A DNA stretch of 64,000 bases, from IMG/VR virus record IMGVR_UViG_3300032893_000005, positions 90,092 through 154,091 of that record. One strand, written 5' to 3'. This document shows, piece by piece, positions 20,592-27,900 of this stretch. Every line of letters starts with the position of its first letter. Position 1 is the stretch's first letter. Made by a program: the position numbers and the translations under genes. The stretch comes from a virus. The notes below the pieces were generated by a model. The model ran no database searches and was not told where the DNA came from. It was given only the letters and a program-made list of their open reading frames with translations.

Positions 20592-20618
20592 CGTTTCACC
20601 TTAGATTGGCAGGACTGC

Positions 20619-20771
20619 CTAGGACTGGGTGTCCTCAGGATTAAGATCTTGAGCTAACCGGCTGATTTGCTTGTCTTTCTTTCGATCGTATTTGGTCTCA
20701 TCACCGTGATTTTTGTTCGGCGGTAGCTTGAGGCGCATGCTGGGCTTCTGGACCTTCTTAGGCTTTCGCAT
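20619..20771 (-). CDS. small basic protein, 50 aa (not in ORF track)
   Basis: MRKPKKVQKPSMRLKLPPNKNHGDETKYDRKKDKQISRLAQDLNPEDTQS; fills the gap after the endonuclease. Confidence 0.5.
   Translation of the reverse strand: MRKPKKVQKPSMRLKLPPNKNHGDETKYDRKKDKQISRLAQDLNPEDTQS
20640..20672 (-). promoter_or_regulatory. late promoter element copy 2
   Basis: AAGCAAATCA-gccgg-TTA-gctca-AGATCTTAAT, 49 bp before ATG 20591. Confidence 0.75.
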
Positions 20772-21210
20772 TGAGGTAGTCCAGGACGCTGTGAACAACT
20801 TCGGGTCGATCTTCGAGATGGCCCAGTATGATGTTGCAGCTAAAGCAGATCAGACCGCGCACTCTGCCGGTCTTGTGGCAGTGATCAACCGTCAAGTTCT
20901 TGATCTTGCCTGTTTGAGGATAAACGGCAGTCTCCGGGTTCGTGCATATCTTACAGACCCCGTCTTGCTCGGCAAGCATCTGATTATATTGATCAAGTGT
21001 TATACCGTACTTATGCTTAAGCATGCGATTCTTGGCTTCAAGCGGATTTCTCGCCCTTGTAGCTCGTTGATAGCCCCGCTGCTTTGCCCGTCTGTCTGGG
21101 TTGTTAAGACGTGAAGCATCGTAACATGCCTGACAAAGACCCTTACCGATATGTTTTCTATCGGGATGACAAGTGGGATGTTCGTAAGTGGGTGGTCTAC
21201 CAATTCTCAT
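20758..21210 (-). CDS. endonuclease VII-family HNH (probable homing) endonuclease
   Basis: KYGITLDQY...Q.GVCKIC...VDHCH.TG.VRGLIC..CN; N-terminal KGLC..CY zinc motif; lower GC than flanks. Confidence 0.85.
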   Translation of the reverse strand: MRIGRPPTYEHPTCHPDRKHIGKGLCQACYDASRLNNPDRRAKQRGYQRATRARNPLEAKNRMLKHKYGITLDQYNQMLAEQDGVCKICTNPETAVYPQTGKIKNLTVDHCHKTGRVRGLICFSCNIILGHLEDRPEVVHSVLDYLNAKA

Positions 21211-21222
21211 ACAATTACTTTA

Positions 21223-21663
21223 TCATGCTTTGGCGTCCGAGACCTCATTATAGTAGAAGAGACCTTGGAAGCTCGCGCTGAAGGTGTTCACGCCTTTGAC
21301 GCTAGTTGTTATACTGTCCTTGTCGAAGATCACGCCGACCACGCGGGCGTAGGTCGTGTTGAGCTTGCGGTCGATCAGCTCGATCACGCAGTACTTCTGG
21401 TTGAGGAGGTCTTGGAGAGTCGAGGCATTGATGATGCCGAAGCCTGCGGGTCCACCGATGTCGCGGACCTGAAAGCCAGCCATGGTGCCGGTGACGGAGT
21501 AGGGGCCAGTCGTCGCGATCTCCTGAGGAGGAAGAACGTCGATGCCGTAGATGGCCTTGACACCCTGAGAGCGGTTGATGGTGACGTTGGTCGCAAAGCC
21601 CACCACCTTGCCGTTGACCACGACCTTTGATGATGCGCCTGTGACTAAAGATTGCTGTGACAT
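21223..21663 (-). CDS. tail tube-like protein (second paralogue)
   Basis: similar to 57371..57838 (TGA...VNGK..G..T; LQDLLN; I.LIDR; ASF.GL). Confidence 0.7.
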   Translation of the reverse strand: MSQQSLVTGASSKVVVNGKVVGFATNVTINRSQGVKAIYGIDVLPPQEIATTGPYSVTGTMAGFQVRDIGGPAGFGIINASTLQDLLNQKYCVIELIDRKLNTTYARVVGVIFDKDSITTSVKGVNTFSASFQGLFYYNEVSDAKA

Positions 21664-21688
21664 AAGTTACTCGCTGTAATTGTCCTAA

Positions 21689-21822
21689 AAGACTACTTTA
21701 ATGGTCTAAAACTGGGTTAACTGCTCTTCTTAGACTACTTAAGTGGTCTAAGTATTGGGACAAAAAATGTCCCGATTGTGTCCCGATTGTCGCATAATTG
21801 CGACAAACGATGTCGCAATACT
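21689..21822. repeat. array of phased palindromes
   Basis: (A/T)AGACTACTT(T/A)A(A/G)TGGTCTA x2 at 42 bp spacing; TTG(G/C)GACA-N5-TGTC(C/G)C(G/A)A x2 at 43 bp spacing. Confidence 0.8.
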
Positions 21823-22043
21823 CACTCCTTGAACTCCACTTCGCTGTTCACGATCGTCAAGTGCACTTTACACCCGACGAGCTGAAGGTACGAAGGGTTG
21901 ACGCTGAGCCGCTCGAGGGAGTTACCGATGCAGGTCCACATGCCGGGTCCGAAGGGGATCGTGATGCGATGCGTCCTACACTTTGGGCAGTCGAACTGGA
22001 GCCTTTGCGGTATCCACTTCGGGTTCAAGCTCTGCAACTTCAC
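21822..22043 (-). CDS. DUF6527-like small Cys/His protein
   Basis: FDCPKC...W...LSVNPS...C.VH.TI.N.EV; AAGGAG RBS before GTG 22043. Confidence 0.6.
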   Translation of the reverse strand: MKLQSLNPKWIPQRLQFDCPKCRTHRITIPFGPGMWTCIGNSLERLSVNPSYLQLVGCKVHLTIVNSEVEFKE

Positions 22044-22164
22044 GCCGGATCTCCTTCTTCGCTGCCATGCGGACCGATCCTTCGATCGCACGCTTCCACT
22101 TGCCGAACGGCTTGATGTCGAGGCTCATGTACACGTCTTGCCACTTCTTCTTATACGCCTTCAC
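21976..22164 (-). CDS. small basic hypothetical protein
   Basis: AGGAG RBS before GTG 22164. Confidence 0.55.
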   Translation of the reverse strand: MKAYKKKWQDVYMSLDIKPFGKWKRAIEGSVRMAAKKEIRREVAELEPEVDTAKAPVRLPKV

Positions 22165-22366
22165 TACCGTCTCCTGGCTGCTTGCCTGGCTGCGACGACG
22201 AAGCTGAGGGGAACGACTGGCTTCCAGTTCTTCCACGCTTCGGCGATCTCTCTTGCGGTTGGGACTTTCTTAGGTGGTACCTTCGCACCGTTTCCTTGAT
22301 CACCCACTCGTACTTCTCCTGGTCCGTGCCGTTCTCTGGGTAAGGGATGGGCGTATCGTCACTCAT
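22151..22366 (-). CDS. hypothetical protein
   Basis: ATG 11 bp after the upstream stop; 3' half overlaps the nested ORF. Confidence 0.4.
   Translation of the reverse strand: MSDDTPIPYPENGTDQEKYEWVIKETVRRYHLRKSQPQERSPKRGRTGSQSFPSASSSQPGKQPGDGSEGV
22164..22307 (-). CDS. small hypothetical protein, 47 aa (not in ORF track)
   Basis: AGGAG RBS; MGDQGNGAKVPPKKVPTAREIAEAWKNWKPVVPLSFVVAARQAARRR; TAGTG coupling to the next gene. Confidence 0.45.
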   Translation of the reverse strand: MGDQGNGAKVPPKKVPTAREIAEAWKNWKPVVPLSFVVAARQAARRR

Positions 22367-22376
22367 CTTAGACGTT

Positions 22377-22553
22377 TTACTTACTTTGTCTAGGATGAGA
22401 GCACAACTTTACAGGTTCACTGGGCTGCTTAAGCATCCATTCAAGAACTCTTGTGACAGCCTCGTACTCACCCTTCATGAACTCTTCCCATTCTTTGTTA
22501 GCTTCGATCATGATCTCGTCAGAGGTTCGTGCTTTCTCGGTTGACTCTTCCAT
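22377..22553 (-). CDS. small hypothetical protein, 58 aa (not in ORF track)
   Basis: AAGGAG RBS; MEESTEKARTSDEIMIEANKEWEEFMKGEYEAVTRVLEWMLKQ... Confidence 0.6.
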   Translation of the reverse strand: MEESTEKARTSDEIMIEANKEWEEFMKGEYEAVTRVLEWMLKQPSEPVKLCSHPRQSK

Positions 22554-22612
22554 CCTGGCTCCTTATAGTGAGTTTACTCCAGTTTACCAATTTTTCCCTA
22601 TAAGTGCCAGTC

Positions 22613-22804
22613 TTAGGACTTTGTTTGCTTTCGTAAGTGCTCGCGCTGGCAGTGGTCAGTGCAGTAGGCGAAGAACGCTGTGCTCGAGAACTCATGGCCG
22701 CAGTTTGGGCACTTGAAGTTAAAGAACTGCGACTCGTCGATCGGTTCCAGCTTGATCGGCTGAGGCTTGATGCGTCGCGGCTTAACTGATCTCACCTTAC
22801 CCAT
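22613..22804 (-). CDS. small zinc-finger protein
   Basis: CPNC...YCTDHC; AGGGG RBS. Confidence 0.65.
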   Translation of the reverse strand: MGKVRSVKPRRIKPQPIKLEPIDESQFFNFKCPNCGHEFSSTAFFAYCTDHCQREHLRKQTKS

Positions 22805-22832
22805 GATCCCCTGACTCCACTATTGTAAGGAG

Positions 22833-24428
22833 CTAAGTCGCGTCTCCAGCATAGACGTCCACTATGTTGTTCATGCCTGGCCCCTTGGGATAGACAACGA
22901 TTATGTTGACAAAAATCCCTGCTGCGGCGATCGACTGAGCCAGAGCTTCTGCCTCGATGCGGCCTTGCACAGTTCCAGTCAGGTAAGTCGGGTAGTCAGT
23001 GCCATCCGTTGCCGGGCTGTAGGGCTTGGTGGTTCTAACTAGCGAGACGTCCGGGTTGGCGTGCGTCCTCTTCATGACGTATGACGCATCGAGTAACAGC
23101 GTACCGTTTGACGGGCGACCGAGGTACTTGATCGGGCCTTCCTGATTACTGGTGCCGAAGTCCAAGATGATGTTGCCTGGGCTGTCCGGGAACTGCGCGG
23201 TGCTTCCTGATGCTGACACGACGGTGTAAGGCTGACCAGCTTCCAGCGTCTGGTTGAGCGTGCACGACACGTTGCCGATGGTAACCCCTGAGGTAGGGTC
23301 GAAGCAGTAAGCACCGATGAACGTGTCAGGCCCACCGGTCTCATGGACGTGCCAACCGCCGATGAGCTGCCGCTTGATGATCTGCGTCGTCGCCGGGATG
23401 TAGATCACGATCTCGTACGGGTTCACCTCGTAGAGCGTCGCGAACCTTGAGAGGTTGTTAAGTGTGGTGCGCCTGGGAAAGTAGAAGCGGATGTCGTTAG
23501 CACTCCCCTGACTTATGACAGAGGTAGTCTGGATCAGAGGGTTGACGATCTCGAAGTAGCCGCTTCCCACCACGTCAGGGTTGACCTTGGTGATGGTGAA
23601 CGTACCAGCCTGGATGCTCGTGAACGGTGGGTTCTGGATGACAGCGTAGTCGCCAGCGAAGATGTTCTGTAAGGTCGGGTCAGGGCCAGAAGTCCAGGTG
23701 TAGCGGATGAAGCCGCCGTTGACCGTGATGGTCCACTGAGTTCCAGCAGCCTGAGTCGTAGGCCTGATCTGAGGAAACCTGAACACGTTCTGGGCTAGTC
23801 CCCCGAGTACTGTGATGGAGGAGCGTGGACCGCGTGTACCGCTGAAGAGCTGGACGTAGTTTAAGCCAGCGCTCGAGTCGAGGTAGTCTTGAGCTGTGAG
23901 GCTTGAGCCTTGTTGCAATGCAGCGCGAGCGATCACCGTCGACACTTCGACAGCAGTCGCCTGTGAGATGTCTTGGAAGTCAGCCGCGTTGAACACGACG
24001 GACACCGGTGCAGCGTCAGCGTCAGTCTGGACCAGGAAGTCCATGCCGTCCTGGAGGAAGAAAGGCTCGGCCTGAGTTGACAGCACGTTTGCGTGCACTG
24101 CGTCAGCCCCGTAGAACAGCTCGAGCACTTGAAGGAAGATGTTGGAGACCGTCTTCGAGTTGTTGATCGAGATCGCGAGGTTACGATAGGAGTCATCATC
24201 GATGCCTACGCCTGCCGGACGCTCTACGCCGATCGCGGACGTAAGCTTATCCAGGAAGCCCTGCTCTGCAGTCCATATGATCATGTTCTGCTTGGCAGCG
24301 GCAACGGTAGCCACGTTGATGTCGTCGACCGCTGCGGTTGCCTGAAGCATCGCGTTCGTGAACTTACCCTTGATGTCTCCGCGCAGGAACTGGCGAAGAC
24401 GCTGGAACGAAGTCTGGTTATCAGCCAT
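22833..24428 (-). CDS. baseplate wedge protein (P2 gpI/T4 gp7-like)
   Basis: TA...LD.L...GV.RP.G..DD.YR N-terminus; C-terminal AAGI.V; follows the baseplate J-like gene. Confidence 0.7.
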   Translation of the reverse strand: MADNQTSFQRLRQFLRGDIKGKFTNAMLQATAAVDDINVATVAAAKQNMIIWTAEQGFLDKLTSAIGVERPAGVGIDDDSYRNLAISINNSKTVSNIFLQVLELFYGADAVHANVLSTQAEPFFLQDGMDFLVQTDADAAPVSVVFNAADFQDISQATAVEVSTVIARAALQQGSSLTAQDYLDSSAGLNYVQLFSGTRGPRSSITVLGGLAQNVFRFPQIRPTTQAAGTQWTITVNGGFIRYTWTSGPDPTLQNIFAGDYAVIQNPPFTSIQAGTFTITKVNPDVVGSGYFEIVNPLIQTTSVISQGSANDIRFYFPRRTTLNNLSRFATLYEVNPYEIVIYIPATTQIIKRQLIGGWHVHETGGPDTFIGAYCFDPTSGVTIGNVSCTLNQTLEAGQPYTVVSASGSTAQFPDSPGNIILDFGTSNQEGPIKYLGRPSNGTLLLDASYVMKRTHANPDVSLVRTTKPYSPATDGTDYPTYLTGTVQGRIEAEALAQSIAAAGIFVNIIVVYPKGPGMNNIVDVYAGDAT

Positions 24429-24702
24429 TCTTTCTCTCTGAAGCCCTTAGGCGCTCGATCCTGTGCTTGCGGTTACAGATCCGGTAGTAGCGGTGCCAGA
24501 AGCTCGCCTGGAAGAAGTCGTCGTCGTAGCTGAGCTTGACCTTGTCTTCCTCTAGGTCTGCCTTGTACTCAACCTCGGACACTGGGTAGTTGTTTCGGTT
24601 GACGTCGTCGTGGTGGTTGTTGAACATGGCGTAGCCGAGGTTGACGCCCTGCGTCCCGTTCATCCAGTTATCAGCGTTGGACAGCCTTCTGTTGATGCCC
24701 AT
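24421..24702 (-). CDS. hypothetical protein inserted in the baseplate operon
   Basis: TGATG coupling. Confidence 0.55.
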   Translation of the reverse strand: MGINRRLSNADNWMNGTQGVNLGYAMFNNHHDDVNRNNYPVSEVEYKADLEEDKVKLSYDDDFFQASFWHRYYRICNRKHRIERLRASERKNG

Positions 24703-24932
24703 CAGTCGTGCTCGTAAGTTCCGGTCCCGTAGTTCATCTCGTACTCCGTAGCGTTGTACTCGACCGCTATGTGCAGGTTATCAACTTCCCAGCACTTTCT
24801 GCCAGCCTCGAGGCCGTAGCCGTTCATGCATACCTCGTCGAGCGTGCCGATCATGTTGAACTTACCGAGGTGCTTGCTGAGAAGCGGGTGTCCTTGCAGG
24901 TGAAGTGATGAGTTTACGTTGCCTGACTTCAC
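24702..24932 (-). CDS. hypothetical protein inserted in the baseplate operon
   Basis: GTGA coupling. Confidence 0.5.
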   Translation of the reverse strand: MKSGNVNSSLHLQGHPLLSKHLGKFNMIGTLDEVCMNGYGLEAGRKCWEVDNLHIAVEYNATEYEMNYGTGTYEHD

Positions 24933-27900
24933 GAAGCAAGGCTCACGATCACGTCCGTGCTGAGGCTCAGGACGATCGGCTTCTCGTTCGGCTGGCTGAT
25001 GATCTGGTCGTTGGTCGCGTTGTAGGTCGGGCTCGAGATACTGACGGCCTGGACACCAGCGATCGACTGGGCAGCAGAGACGATCTGCGAGAATACCACG
25101 GGATCACCAGCACCAAGGCTGTTGATGTAGGAGGCCACTGCGGTCTGAACTCTGTTACGCACCACGGCAAACGGAGTACCAGTCTTGTTGCGGATGACGA
25201 TGCTGACCTGGATTCTCTTCTTGAGCGCCGAGTCGATCTCGATGTAGGAGCCAGCCGCTGCGACGCCGGGGTAAGTGATCGGGTCAGAAGCCTGACCACG
25301 GATGACTTGACCCACTGCGTTGATTAGGCCGCCGTAGTGCTGGTACGAGTCCGCGCCGACCGCCACGTTGGTGTTGAAGGCAAGCTTGCTGACTGCGCTG
25401 ATGCTGGACGCGCCCGAGCTGTTGATCTTGTTGAAGAGGTCGATGCCCTCCACCACGATGTCTGCGTAGTTCACGTTGATCGGTGACTGCGCGACGTTTG
25501 CGATCTTCGCGTACTGGGTGAACGGGAACTCCTCGATCACGGTCACGTTCACGAAGTCAGCGCCCAGGGTGTTGGTAGTGACAGAGTTCTTGCTGAGCGT
25601 GGGCGTAGAGATCGCGATCTGAGTGTCAGAGCTGATGCCGGTGACCAGGTACTCACCCTTGCGAGTCTCGACGGGAACGCTCGAGTCATCGAGTAAGCTC
25701 GTTCCGAGAGAGAACGTGTCGCCAGGACGCACTGAGTCATAACTTATGACGTGGATGTCTGAGGCGCCTGTCAGGATGTAGTCGCCGACCATCGCCGACG
25801 GATTCTCGAAGTAGATGGTGCTTGAGCCGAAGGTGTTGACGACCAGGAACTCGCCAGCGTTGCCGAACGTGAAGACGCCGGAGAACACTGCGCGATCGCC
25901 CTTGTAGAGTCGCTTGAGGACTGTGCCGGACGCGGCTGCTGATACAACGTCAGGAGAACCAGACTGTAAGTACTGGAACGCCGTGGTGCTCGAGGCCATA
26001 GCACGGAACTTACCGTTGAAGCTCGAGTCGTCAGAACTCACTTCGATCGTGGTGAAGCTGTTGACGGGGACGTTGTGCGCTGCGCTAAGAGTGATGGTAG
26101 ACACACTCGAGGTGCGCTGCTTGTTAGTGACCGTCATGGTCTTCGAGAAGTTAGGAGCCGTGCCGAGGCCAGTCCAGGAAGCTGCGATGAACTTGCCCTG
26201 CTTCTCGAGCCTGATCTGAGTCGTGTTGTCAGAGTCGTGGTAGCGCTGAGTCTGGAACCATCCAGTCTGCTCGAGGTTACCGGTGTTGGAGTTCGAGATG
26301 CTGATCTGTGCAGTACCGAGGCTGGGGTTAACGCCCATGAAGCTGATCTCAGTTCCAGCACTGAAGCCTAAGTCTTTGGTAAGCTGGACGCCGTTCTGGA
26401 TCTTCACCCACTGGCCAGCCACGAAGCCGCGCATGGCAGCCTTCGGGATCGCGAACTTGGTGTAGGACGTTGACACGACGCTTCCAGAATCCTGCACAGC
26501 CCCTGAGATGGAGTTGGCAGTACCGCCGGAGACCTCGACTGCGCCAGAGGAGCCGAAGAGTTCAGAGTAGAACTGGACAGCGCCTGCGTTGTCGCAGACC
26601 CCAGCCTGAGCGAGCGAGCTTAGACCGGTGACAGCGAACACGTTTACGTACCTGGAGAGCTGGTCAGCGTCGGTCGGGATCAAGTAGAAGTCTTCGCCGA
26701 CGAGCTGAGAGCCGCTGATGGCGAGCGGAGTCTTAAGCGAGAAGTAGTTCACCGGCACCGAGACAGTGCCGATGTTGCTCACGTCTACCCAGTTCTCGCC
26801 GTCTGCCAAACCAATGAACGCCTCAGAGCCCAGGCTATCGTCGAGGGTAGAGGTGGTGATGTTGCCAGCACCAGACTCCAACTGAGAGAGTGAGATGTAA
26901 GAAGCAAGGTTCGCGGTTACGTACGTCGCCGTTGTGAGTGCCGTATCCCCTGACAAAGGGAAGAACTGGAGCGACGATGCGCTTGACAGAGTGCGTCCGG
27001 TTTCCAGCGTGCCGCCGTACTTGGTGATCTCGAAGTAGACGTTGGTGATCGCGGTTATCTTGTAGGAACCCTGATTGTTCGCGCTGAAGGTGGAGGCTGA
27101 GCTGATCGCAACGACGTCGCCGACCACTATGCTCGCAGACAAGAAGTTAGGGGCAGTGCCGATCGTGTTGTAGGTGTAACGCCATGTGTTACCGATCGGG
27201 TTGGTCACGTCGAACTGAGTGGTAGCATCCCAAGTGCCGCCGGTGCGCAGAGCCCCTGATGACAAGTAGAGCTGGACGCTGGTGTTTAGGTCGTTAGTGA
27301 TCGCGGACGACATCGGAGTGCTGGCCGCGTTCGGGTAGAAGAAGCCGACCTGCACCTGGTTACCGCTGGGACCGTAAGTGGCCGCGCGTACCAGCATCTT
27401 GTTGTTGGCGCCAGCAGGGTCAAGGACTGTTCTGGCCCTGAAGTGGACCTTGAAGTCGTTGAAGACGAAGTTGTTGCCGAAGCTTGCCGGGAAGTTCGAG
27501 GTAGGACCGAGGTCAGTGTCGTACGCGTTGAAGCTGTTTGCGCCGGTAGACGCGTAGACAGTTCCATGACGCCCCATGTTAATGTTGAACGTCTTGTTGA
27601 CCGTGTCCTTGTCGAAGATGCTGACCAGGTTGTCCTGGTAGCTGAAGTTGTAGCCCGACGCCACGTAGTAGCGATCGTTCTGGATGATGTCATCCATCTT
27701 AGGAGAGTTACGCAGTGTGACAGAAGTTCCGGTGATGAGTTCAAGCCGCTGCTTCAGTCCCCTGTTCGAGCTGATGAGCCCGTTGTAGGGATCAAGCCAC
27801 TTGAAGACCTTGTTCGGGTTAACCCCTAAGGTAGCAAGGTTCTGGTTGGTGATCGCGTTGGTGTAAGGAGTCGTTGCGTCGCCTGTCGCGATGCTGTCGT

